NCBI GenBank assembly: GCA_002104905.1
Contig: MCFE01000631.1
Location: forward strand, 1-51,336
DNA length: 51,336 bases
DNA from: Basidiobolus meristosporus CBS 931.73
Lineage: Eukaryota > Fungi > Basidiobolomycota
Direction: 5' to 3'
Made by a program: the position numbers and the translations under genes. The notes beneath the pieces were generated by a model that was not told the origin of the DNA, did not search any database, and saw only the letters and a list, made by a program, of their open reading frames with translations. Positions 36,901 through 48,999 of this stretch are shown piece after piece (the first letter of the stretch is position 1; the number at the start of each line of letters is the position of its first letter).

Positions 36901-38760
36901 AGACATCAGGCAATATTCATCAAGTCAGACAACTATTGGGACTAACAGGTCTATAAAGAATCTGGATCAAGAACTATGCTCAAATTGCTAAACCACTGGG
37001 TCAACTATTACAGAAAAGCCAGAAATATGAGTGGCATGAAGAACAGGCAAATGCTATGTTAATATTACTTGAGTCATTATCAAAGCCACTTGTCTTAGCA
37101 TCTATAGACTACAGTGTTGTTGATTCATAACTAATCATTGTATTAGTTGATAGCTCTGGAATAATTTCAAAGATCATCATTGACAACCTTGTAAATATCT
37201 CAGTAAACTTTTCAAAGGAAATGACTCAACTATCCATGTATCAAGAAAGAAGCACTGGGAGTACTCTATGTACTCAAAAAGCTAAAGCCATACTTATTGG
37301 AGTACACTTCATGCTGGAGGTTGATGCCAAGTCAATATTAGGGATGTTAAATAAGTTAGAGCTTTTGCCTGATCCTATTCTAGCATGGTGGCTATCACAT
37401 ATCCAGATATTGACTTTATGCTGTAACACATACCAGGAGCCAATCACAAGGGACCTGATGCCTTATCTAGAAAGCAACCAAACTCAACTGATGATGATGA
37501 GATTGATTAGTTTCTTGAAAACTCAAATGTTGGATTCTCACTCAGGCATATGATACAGAGCAATTATCAAATCAAGGAATTTCTTACATCACTCAAAGTT
37601 CCTACCAATATTCCTACAAATCAACACACAAATTTTAAGAAGAAGGCTTTGAGGTTTATACTGCATGATGGCACACTTTTCAGAAAAAGCAAACATGAAG
37701 TTCCTTGATGGTATTTATATAACAAGCATGATCAAGAGAAGATCATTCAAGAATTGCATGAATCCAAATCCGGAGGTCATCAGGGAATTACATCAACATA
37801 TGCAATAATTTTACTACAATATTTTTGCCCATCACTATACACTTACATAAAAGAGTATGTGAAATCATGTATTCCATGTCAAAAAAGTGACGGTCAAAAG
37901 ATGCAAGAGCCACTTCACAGTATATGTACATTTTATGCTTGGCAAATTTCACATGTAGATATTATACATTTACCAAGGGCAACTGCAGGGTATAAGTATG
38001 TAGTAGACTGTTGTGATAACTATGCTGGTTGGATAGAGGCAAGAATGCTGAAACAACCCAATGCAAAAGCAGTAGCAGGATTTCTTAAAGAAGATGTGTA
38101 GCTCAGACATGGTTCAGCTGGTAACCTTGTTGCAGATAATGGAAAATGTGGATCTTATGTAATACAAGCATTGGCAATGAAGCATGGATCAAAGCTTATC
38201 TATACAACACCATATCACCCACAAGCAAATTCACCAGTAGAATGTGGACATTCTGCTTTTGCAAACACATTGGCACAACCTAGCTATGACAAACCCAACA
38301 TATGGGTAAATAACTTTCATGCAGCAATTTGGCTGATAGAGTCATTGTCCAAAGAAGTACAGGGTATTCTCCATTTTTTTTGATATATGGACATAGAGAT
38401 TTTTTGCCAATAGATGTATCTTTTGAAAACTGGTCTACCCTCCTATGAAAGCCAACCATGAGAACATCAGAGCTATTGCTAGCAAGAATACAACAGATTC
38501 TACAAGCTCACTCTCTGCAAAAGAATGCAACAGAAAACCTGAAGAAATCCAGAATGGCTGGCAAGGAGTACTTTGATGGTGAAAAATGCCTAAAAAAACC
38601 TCTCTTGAAGTAAGTGAATTGGTACTGCTTCACAATACAAAGAGTTTAAGAAACAAGGCATTCAAACTGGATATACAATGCAAGGTCCCTACAGGATTAT
38701 ACATGCAAACAAAAATGGATCTTATAAATTAGCAGAACTTGACTGTACCTTACTTGCACT
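33940..38760 (+). pseudogene. Gypsy E gag-pol, many stops and frameshifts
   Basis: Gag-like NVTKFLEEL, PR region (ILDSGSEINAI frame; VLLGQPY), HTPWA...YPIP, RT (LYSGYDQI, FPDDIEVK), RH region (F.LEVDAKSI.GMLNK), IN (H....GGHQG...CIPCQK; HVDIIHLP; TTPYHPQAN.PVE). Confidence 0.85.
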
Positions 38761-38818
38761 GGCACCACCTGAGAACAAGGAATATTGAGGGCATTATTAG
38801 TCAAAGTTAGGGGAGACT

Positions 38819-39972
38819 TGTGCAAATGGAAAGTATTCCATTGCTGCAATATCTTAAAACTAATATTGCACTCATTTCTTTATTTTGCTTTTGCTATTGT
38901 AGAATACAAATGAAAGATCAATAAATTCCAAGTTTGAAGGACAAAAGCTCAAGACCCTGACAAGCAATCCACCCAAGAATATTATGTCATGCAGAACACG
39001 CAGTAGCCAATACATGTTTCAGATTACAGCTCATTTGAAGCAGTACTTAAGGAGTTATGATCAGAAGAGTCAAATTACCTTATAAACTAGGCCTCTATTG
39101 CTAGGATCACTATGGTGACTTTGAATGCATGTAACTTTTGAACTGGCCAAGAGAAATATGTGAAAGTCTTACAGGTGCTGTGTCTATGTCCAATCTGTGT
39201 CACTGCAAAATTTAGCTTTGTATCATGTGTATTGCTTGCGCTTTGTTCAAAAACTTTGATCCTTCAGAGTTTTCATATATATATGACTTCCCTGGCTGAA
39301 AAATAAAGGAGCCTCTCTTTCCTGAATCTCCATATTACAATTGCAAGTTTATAGATTATAAGATTTCCCCTGCATCACTTGCACTGCTGAGTATTCTGAC
39401 TTTGATCAGTACTACATCAGTAAAGAGACTGCAAAGCTCACAAGAATCCAATCTAAGTTCTATAAGAGAAATACCACTTTTCTGTTGGAAAAGTCCCCTC
39501 TAAGAAACCCCTTTACTCTAAAGACACTTCTTTAGTCTAAGGACCCCTTCAGAGACCCTTTAAGCAACCCCTTTACTTTTGAGATGCCCCTTCAGACACC
39601 CTTTTAGATCTAAAGACCCCTTTAGAGACTTCTACACCACACCCCTTTAGGTTGAAGGGGAGCTCAGAGTTTCAAGAGTAGGAAATATTATTTCAGAAAG
39701 TGAAGTGACTTTCAAATATGAAAAAGCTACTATATAAATAAATAAGCCTAACAGTCAACAGAAGGTCAGAACACTGCTGTACAAGTGAGAAACACTGTCT
39801 ACAGTATATTTTGAGCCTAGGATTAAGGATATTAGTGAAGTTATATCTTCTATTGGTATAGCAAACTCCCAACAAGCTGTTTCAGTGTCAGCATACTGGA
39901 AGTTATTGTAAATTGTTGATCAGCCTCTACATGTTAGAAAAAGCCTTAAACTAATCATAATACAGCATAACA
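38819..39972 (+). repeat. 3' LTR of gypsy E
   Basis: Follows the PPT; homologous to the solo LTR 24307-25519. Confidence 0.85.
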
Positions 39973-40239
39973 GAAACAGTTAAGTCAGGAAGTAAGGAGT
40001 GTGAAAAGGAGGCAATGACCAATCAATGCACACAAACACAGGAGGTGATAGAGTTTCCAGGATCAGCAAGCAAGCTAATTGGCAGGGAACCAATCAAAAG
40101 ACACTTATATATTGTCATGATGAAAGGTTTGACCAAGTTTTTTGTGAAATCTAGGGCTCAATTATTTTTTGCCAGTCTCTGCACCATGTCCTAATGGGAT
40201 CAGTACCTCTTAGTCCCAGGACGTTAAATATGTGATGGC

Positions 40240-41882
40240 CTACAAAGGAAGTTAAAGACACTCCAACAGAAAGGAATGGTTCAAGACTACATCTCTGAAT
40301 ATAGATATCTACTTGGACAAAATAAAAGAATGAACACCCTGGATCAAGTTGAATACTTTATGGATAGATTGAATGAAAGAACTTGCCAGGAAGTGAGTTA
40401 CTTACAACCTCAGACTATCAAAGAAGCCATCAAGATTGCCATTGGCTATAACTCAGTTATGTTTAAGTTGGGCTGGCCAACAATGACTAATCAGAGAGGC
40501 TATAATCACTAGGAAAGAAGACAATCAGAAGCAGTACAAATGGATATAAATACTTTGCACAAGAATCCCACCTTGAAAGAATACAAGAAGAAACAAGTTT
40601 GCATTAATTGCCACCAGCAGGGATAGATTGCAAAGTACTGCCCTCAGAGAAGAAATGAGCACCTGTCAAGAAGAACCTTCAACCAGATTGAAGCCCATGA
40701 GCATAGCAACATGGAAAATGACCTTGAAGAAGACTTGGAACTCCCCTTTTATATGACCAAGCAATATTTATCCCAATTAACCTCAAACTCAGGAAAGCTA
40801 TTTTACATGAATGGAGTAATTGTGCCCTGAAAGCTGGATTCAACTTGGAACCAACCAAATCAGCTTCTGTATCAACAGCTGATGGGAACTCTCACATAAT
40901 CAACCATATTACTCTGCCAGTAAATATGAAGATCAATGACTTTGATGAAGACCTACTGACTTATATATTTGTGAACTGCAAGTTTGACCTTGTACTTGGA
41001 AAAACCTGGCTATTTTGCTGTAATCCATCAATCAACTGGAGGACCCATGCTACTCAGATCCAGAAGGATAACAAGACCAATAAGCTAATACCTCCCAGAC
41101 TGGATTTCAACTTGGTCAATTTAAGTGTGTGTGAAACAAGTGAACTTAGCAAGGCACAGTTATATAGAGCACTTAGAAAGGTACCCAGATGTTCCTCATG
41201 GTGGGATTACCTGGTGACACCTCTACTTCAGCACCACAGAAGGTTCAGACTCTTTTGAAGGAATTCTAGATGTGTTTCCAGATGTACTTGTAAGCCTGCC
41301 ACCAGTCAAAGATGTCAATCATGCCATTGACACACAAGATAGCCCTCTAGTGAGTAAGACACCTTACAGAATGAGTCCAATGCAGTTGGAAGATATGAGG
41401 AGACAAATGGATGAGTTATTGGAGCAGGGATATATCAGACCCAGCAAGTCACCTTGGGAAGCACCATTACTTTTTGTGAAAATGAAGGATAGAGCACTTG
41501 GGATGTGCAATGACTACAGAGCCCTCAACTCAGTTACCATGAATCATAAGTACCCCATACCCTGGATTGATGAGCTTTTGGTCTAACTCAGTGTAGCCAC
41601 TATGTTCAGCAAGATTGTCTCCATGTCAGGATACAGCCAGATTAAGGTGAAACCAGAAGACATCCCTAAGACAGCATTCAGGACCAGATATGAACAATAC
41701 AAGTACTTAGTCATGAATTTTGGCCTTACCAATGTCCCTGCAACATTCATGACCTTGATGCAAAGAGTTTTCCAGTAGTACCTGGACAAGTTTGTGACAT
41801 TTACCTGGTCAACATATTGATATACAGTAACACAGAAGAGGAACACTGGGTGCACATTGAAAAGGCCCTGAAGAAGCTCAGA
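40240..41882 (+). pseudogene. Decayed gypsy A-related fragment (A3): late gag, PR, RT N-terminus
   Basis: Colinear with 14490-16135, with more stops and frameshifts; no LTRs. Confidence 0.88.
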
Positions 41883-44800
41883 TAGATTAAGAGAGTCAGG
41901 GCTTCCAGATGGTACCTAGCTCTCTTGATTTGGTTGAGTTTTGGCCAAGTTAAGGTTTGTCTCCATTGGGGTAGCTGCCAGTTTACAGTCTTCCATTTGG
42001 AACTTCTTTAGTATATCTTGAATATACTTGGATATGCTTAGGGTGATAGTTGGGGTACTTCTGACTATGGAGAACTTAATCTTTAAGTAGTAGCTGAGTT
42101 CCCCTAGATTGGACATCTTGAACTCCTTAGATAGGCTGGATTTAGTCTCTTCCAATTTTTCTAGGTTATTGGTAGCTATAATAAGATCATCCACATGTAG
42201 GGCTAATAGAACTGTCTTTGCTCTATCTGGCTTATAATATATACTATAGTCATCATTACTCCTTTTGAAACTCAAAGATTCCAAACAAGAATTCATCTTG
42301 CAATTCCAGGCTCTTGGCAATTGTTTAAGACCATGTAGAGACTTTTTAAGCTTACAGACCAAATGGGGGTTATTGTGGTCAACAAACCCATCAGGCTGGT
42401 CCATATACACATCCTCATCAAGTTCTGCATTGAAAAATGCAGTTTTTACATCCATTTGATGAATAAAAACTTATATTTGGCTGCAATATCCAATATTAAT
42501 CTGATGGAATTAAACTTTGCTACTGGTGCAAAGGTCTCAGTATAGTCACATCCATTTGTTTGCAAGTATCCTTTAGCCACAAGTCTTGCTTTGTATCTCT
42601 CAATTATACCATCAGCCTTGTATTCTCTCTTGAAGACCCATCTGCATCCTATTGATTTTTGGTTGATTGGTAATTTGACCAAGTCCCAAGTTTGATTTTC
42701 CATCAGGGCCTGATATTCCTCAGTCATTGCAGATCTCCAAAACTTTTGTCTGAGGGCTATTTGGTGCCTCTTGTACAGTCTGGGGCTCATCAATATGGAC
42801 TGAATAGGCATAGGCTAAGTTTGTGCCCTCATTGATAGAGTAATTTGGGCTATTTCTTGTCTGATTGGATCTCCGGGCATTTGATACTAGAATGATCACT
42901 TCTGGGATATTCCTGGGCACTGATTCTGGCTGAACAATGGTTTTAGAGTCCTCTGGAGTGAAAAATTTTCACTGTTTTGCTCTGATTCAATCCTGACTAT
43001 TGGCGGACTTGAAATCAAATTTTTGTCATCATCTGATGTCATTTTTTGTGAAAATCTTGCATTTTCATCAAACAACACATCCCTAGACTTGATCAGCTAC
43101 TTTGCTTTGGTATTGTACAGTCTGTATGCCTTACTCTCATTGCAGTAACCCAAAAATATGCATTTTACACTTTTTGGCTCAAATTTTTGCCTGATTTCCA
43201 GGCAGTTTCTTGGCATATGCGGTACACCCAAATATTCTTAGATGTTCTGCACTTGGTCTGTACTCATACCATGATTCAAATGGAGTAGAATCACAAAGTA
43301 TTCTGTTATAACTCCTATTTCTGAGGTATACAGCAGTGGCAACTGATTCCACCCAAAAATTATAGATCTTATCATATCAATTATTGTTCTGTTAGCACGT
43401 TCTGCTACACCATTTTGCTGTGGGGAGTAATGTATAGTAGTCTCTTGCCTTATCCCATGAATTTTGCTGAAGTGGATGAAGAGTTTTGTGGCATATTCTC
43501 CACCATTGTCAGAGTGTATTTTCTTGATTTTTTTGCCAGTCTCTTTCTCCACCATGGCTTTAAGCTCCCTGAGCTTAGACAGAGCTTCTTCCTTTTGCTC
43601 CATGAAGTAAACCCATGTGTATCTTGTATAATCATCAATAAAACTGATTCAATACTTCATCCCACCCAAGGATAAAGTTTGCATAGGTTCACACAGATCT
43701 GAGTGAATTAAATCTAATTTTTTCTTAGTTTTGATTAACCTAGAGCTCTTAAGCAGTTGTCTGGCTTGTTTCCCATATATGCAGGCTTCACAGTGCTCCA
43801 AGCTAGCTGGGGGATCAATTTTTACTCCAGAAATTAGCTGATCTTTGATCATTTTGTGCAAATAATCAAAATTGATGTGTCCAAATCTCCTGTACCAAAT
43901 CATTGTTTTTCTTCATTGAAGTTACTTATATTGGCTTTCAGATATGATGGAATATAACTTAACTTATACAAATTCTGATCTCTGATACCCAAAGCATTGT
44001 GGGCATCCTTCTGATCAGTGATCTTGCATTCAGAAGTGTCAAAGCTGAAACTGAGTCCTTCTGCTGTGGCCTTGCTTACAGATAGTAGGTTCTTGGCTAT
44101 TTCAGGTGCATAGAGTACTTCTTTGAAGGTTAGTGTATGGCTCCCTTCACTGCTTCTTAGGTTTACGTGAATAGTTCCTTCTCCCACTGCATCAAGTGTT
44201 CTAATTTCACCCATGAAAACCTTCATAATTGGAATTTCTTCATATTGGGTAAAGAGTTCTTTTTGGTGAGTGAGGTGTTGAGATGCTCCAGAGTCAGTAC
44301 ACCACATCTAAGGATCCTTGTTTGTGGTCATATTTAGTGCAGATATGAATAGTCTATCTTCAGTTGTTGCAGCACTTCCATATTCAGGCATTTCTGCTGA
44401 CTATCTCTCTTTTTTAAACACTGGTCTGATGTGTGTCCTTTCCTTTTGCAGTAGTTGCAAAACAGGTTGCTGTTGCCTTTAAAAGGTCTTGGGTACCTCC
44501 TCGGTTGGTTAGCATTCCTTATTAAAGCATTTTCTTCTTCCTTCTTATTGGCACTTGATTTTCTTATTCTTCATCCAGGAGCCTTCCATATACGTAATTT
44601 AAGGTCAAATCTTCTGTTCTATACTCTAGGGCTGATACAAGGCCCTGAAACTTGTCTGTCAGGCTATTCAGGATGGTAACTATTGTTGTAAAATTCGTAT
44701 TTCCACCTAAATATTCACCTAACTTAGTCACTTAGATCATCACCTTCAAATCCTAGAGAATATTGACCAAATTCCTTGTCGGGATTTACTTAGAATATTT

Positions 44801-45343
44801 TCACCAAAATACCAGGTACCCAGAACATGAGAATTCTCAAGGTTGTCCAAACAGCCCCAAACTTTGCACACATGTTCTTGGAACCTTCCTTAACCTATTC
44901 TACGTGCTTGTAATGCCAAGACCAGGTAAAAGTATAAATACTACTTTCACATTCAATAAATCATTAAGTGAAAACCACATAATCTACTTGTCCTCCCAGT
45001 CACTTCCAATATCTCCAAGACTCTTACAACAACTATCACATCCTCCTCAGTAGTTGGTATGCCCACAAATTCCATTTCATCCACCAGCAGGTTAATTCTT
45101 TTAGTTAAATTTCTCATTTCTTCTCCTGGTAGCATATTTGTAGTAAGGACTTTTATCTCATATACACTTTCTTGGCAGCTGAACATGACTGGTAGGTGTC
45201 TTCTAATGCCTTCCAGGCATTCTTTGCCGTTTTTGCTCTTTAGCATTGAATTAGCAATTTGTCTTTAACATCAAGGCAAATGCAGTTAAAGGCACTTTAA
45301 TCTTTCATTTGGTACTTTAAGGCTTCCACTCCCTTGTTTTTAG
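41883..45343 (-). mobile_element. Copia family B copy B2 (gag to mid-RT), decayed
   Basis: Minus-strand [37 protein letters not shown] and ALHVDD fragments. 3' end truncated; 5' end cut by B3. Confidence 0.92.
44684..45031 (+). repeat. Solo LTR of family B inserted antisense into B2 gag
   Basis: TGTTGTA...TACAACA, 348 bp, perfect TSD ACTAT (44679-44683, 45032-45036). Confidence 0.95.
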
Positions 45344-48300
45344 TGCTGTAAGAGTCTTGGAGATATTGGAAGTGATTGGGAGAACAAGTAGATTATGAGG
45401 TTTTCACTTAATGATTTATTGAATGTAAAAGTAGTATTTATACTTTTACATGGTCTTGGCATTACAAACATGTAGAATAGGTTAAGAAAGGTCCCAAGAA
45501 CATGTGTGCAAAGCCTAGGGCTATTTGGACAACTTTGAGAATTTTCATGTTCTGGGTACCTGGTATGTTGGTGAAAATATTCTAAGTGAATCCCAACAAG
45601 GAATTTGGTCAGTATTCTCTAGGATTTGAGGGTAATGATCTAAGTGACTAAGTTACGTGAATATTTAGGTGGAATTACAAACTTTTACAATACTCCCACT
45701 CAGTTAAATGTTCATACTGACTAGTCCTAATTTTGACCTAAGATATTCAAACTTGTCTCTAGCTAATGGTTTGGTAAATATGTCTGCAATCATTTCATCT
45801 GTAGGACAGTAAACTAAGCTAACTAAGTTATTCTCTATAGCTTCACATATGAAATGATGTCTAATATCTATGTGCTTGGTTCTAGCATGAAAAATTGGAT
45901 TTCTACCTAATTGTATACATCCTTGATTATCTTGAAATAGAGTAATAGGCGTTTTTTGAAATAGGCCTAAATCTGTAAAAAGTTTCTTTAACCACATTGC
46001 TTCTTTTGTAGCTTCACAGGCTGCCATATACTCTGCCTCTGTGGTAGAAAGTGCTATGGTTGGTTGCTTTCTTGAATTCCATGAAATTGCTCCTTTACAG
46101 TAGAGAAAGGTGTATCCTGTGGTGGATCTTCTTTCTTCCAAGTTTTGTCCCCAATCAGCATCAGAGTACCCCACAAGATCCTGTTCTGAGTCCTTATAGG
46201 TGTATCTTAAGCAGATATCAGCAGTTCCTTTTAGGTATCTAAAAATCCACTTAACTGCTGTAATATGATCAGATCCATAGTTCTGATTATGTTGGCTGAC
46301 AACTCCCACTGAATATGAGATATCTGGACGTGTTCCAAGCATGATATACATCAGACTGCCGACCATAGATTGATAAGGGAAGTCAGGGCTTTCAGATGGC
46401 ACCAAGCTTTCTTGATTTGGTTGAGTTTTGACCAAGTTAAGGTTTGTCTCCATTGGGGTAGCTGCCGGTTTACAGTCTCCCATTTGGTACTTCTTTAGTA
46501 TATCTTGAACATACTTGGATTGGCTTAGGATGATAGTGTGGGTACTTCTGTCTATGGAGAACTTAATCCCTAAGTAGTAGCTGAGTTCTCCTAGACTGGA
46601 TATCTTGAACTCCTTAGATAGGCTGGATTTAGTTTCTTCCAATGTTTCTAGGTTATTGGTGGCTATAATAAGATCATCCACATATAGAGCTAATAGAACT
46701 GGATTTGCTCTATCTGGCTTATAATATATACTATAGTCAGCATTACTCCTTCTGAAACTCAAAGATTCCAAATAAGAATCTATCTTGCAATTCCAGGCTC
46801 TTGGTGATTGTTTGAGACCATATAATGACTTTTTAAGCTTGCAGACCAAATGGGGGTTATTGTGGTCAACAAACCCATCAGGCTGGTCCATATACACGTC
46901 CTCATCAAGTTCTCCATTCAAAAATGCAGTTTTTACATCCATTTGATGAATAAAAAACTTATATTTGGCTGCAATAGCCAATATTAATCTGATGGAATTA
47001 AACTGGCTACTGGTGCAAAGGTCTCAGTATAGTCAAGTCCTTTTGTTTGAGAGTATCCTTTGGCTACAAGTCTTGCTTTGTATCTTTCAATTGTACCATC
47101 AGCCTTGTATTTTGTCTTGAAGACCTTTTTGGTTGATTGGTAATTTGACTAAGTCCCAAGTTTGATTTTCCATCAGGGCCTGGTATTCCTCAGTCATTGC
47201 AGATCTCCAAAACTTTGTCTGAGGGCTATTTAAGGCCTCTTTTACAGTCTGGGGCTCATCAATATGGACTGAATAGGCATAGGCTAAGTTTGTACCCTCA
47301 TCGATATAGTAATTTAGGCTATTTCTTGTCCAATTGGATCTCCGGGCATTTGATACTGGAATGATCACTTCTGGGATATTCCTGGGCACTGATTCTGGCT
47401 GAACCACGGTTGTAGAGTTCTCTGGAGTGAAAAAATTTTCATTGTTTTGCTCTGATTCAATCCTGACAATTGGTGGACTTGAGATCAAATTTTTGTCATC
47501 ATCTGATGTCATTTTTTGTGAAAATTTTGAATTTTCATCAAACAACACATCCCTGGACTTGATCAGCTACTTTGCTTTGGTATTGTAGAGTCTGTATGCC
47601 TTACTCTTATTGCAGTAGCCCAAAAATATGCATTTTACACTTTTAGGCTCAAATTCTGACTGATTTCCGGCCAGTTTTTTGGCATATGCTGTACACCCAA
47701 ATATTCTTAGATGTTCTGCACTTGGTCTGTATCCATACCATGCTTCAAATGGAGTAGAATCACAAAGTATTCTGTTATAACTCCTATTTTTAAGATATAC
47801 AGCAGTGGCAACTGATTCCGCCCAAAAATCATAGGATAATTTTTGATCATGGATCATAGATCTTGCCATATCAATTATTGATCTGTTAGCTTGTTCTGCT
47901 ACTCCATTTTGTTGTGGGGAGTAAGGTACAGTAGTCTCTTGCTTTATCCCATGAATTTTGCTGAAGTGGATGAAGAGTTTTGAGGTATATTCTCCACCAT
48001 TGTCAGAGCATATTTTCTTGATTTTTTCACCAGTTTCTCTCTCAACCATAGCTTTAAACTCCCTGAGCTTAGACAGAGCTTCTTCCTTTCTCTCCATGAA
48101 GTAAACCCATGTGTATCTTGTATAATCATCAATAAAAGTGATTAAATACTTCATCCCGCCTAGGGATAAATTTGCATAGGTCCACACAGATCTGAGTGAA
48201 TTAGATCTAATTTTTTCTTAGTTTTGATTGACCCAGAGCTCTTGAACAATTGTCTGGTTTGTTTCCCATATATGCAGGCTTCACAGTGCTCCAAATTAGC

Positions 48301-48999
48301 TGGGGGATCAATTTTCACTCCAGATATTAGCTGATCTTTGATCATTTTGTGCAAATAATCAAAATTGATGTGTCCAAATCTCCTGTGCCAAAGCATTGGT
48401 GTTTCTTCATTTAAGTTACTTATATTGGCTTCCAAATATGATGGAATATAATTCAACTTGTTTAGATTCTGATCTCTGATGCCCAAAGCAATATGGGCAC
48501 CATTTTGATCAGTGATCCTGCATCCAGAATTGTCAAAACTGAAACTGAGTCCTTCTGCTGTGGCCTTGCTTACAGAGAGTAGGTTCTTGGCTATTTCTGG
48601 TACATAGAGTACTTCATTAAAGGTCAGTGTATGGCTTCCTTCACTGCTTCTAAGGTTTACTTGGATAGTTCCTTCTCCCACTGCATCAAGTGTTCTATTG
48701 TCACCCATGAAAACCTTCTTAATTGGAATTTCTTGATATTGGGTAAAAAGTTCTTTTTGGTGTGTAAAGTGTTGAGAAGCTCCAGAGTCAATATACCACG
48801 TCTGAGAATCCTTGTTTGTGGTCATATTTAGTGCAGATATGAATAGTCTATCTTCAGTTGTTGCAGCATTTCCATATTCAGGCTTCTTTTGCTGATTATC
48901 TTTCTTTTTGAGACACCGGTCTGATGTGTGTCCTTTCCTTTTGCAGTAGTTAAAAAACAGGTTGCTGTTGCCTTTGTAGGGTCTTGGGTACCTTCTTTG
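45344..48999 (-). mobile_element. Copia family B copy B3 (3' LTR 45344-45692, PPT, RT-RH, IN, PR, late gag), inserted in B2 gag
   Basis: LTR is the reverse complement of 49000-49348, with PPT TGAGTGGGAG. RT/RH ORF 45704-46981 contains LYVDD. Frameshifts near 48175 and a 17-bp deletion near 47125. Confidence 0.94.

Larger units (their letters stand above)
30850..39972 (+). mobile_element. Decayed gypsy family E element: partial 5' LTR, gag-pol remnant and 3' LTR
   Basis: 3' part of LTR E at 30850-31786, with its last bases at ~33864-33880. PBS-like TGGTGGAGGAC at 33886, PPT AGTTAGGGGAGACT at ~38805-38818, 3' LTR 38819-39972. Confidence 0.8.

Noticed and set aside
39973-40239. Possible host intergenic or LTR sequence
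   Set aside because: No ORF, terminal repeat or match elsewhere in the window; cannot be assigned.
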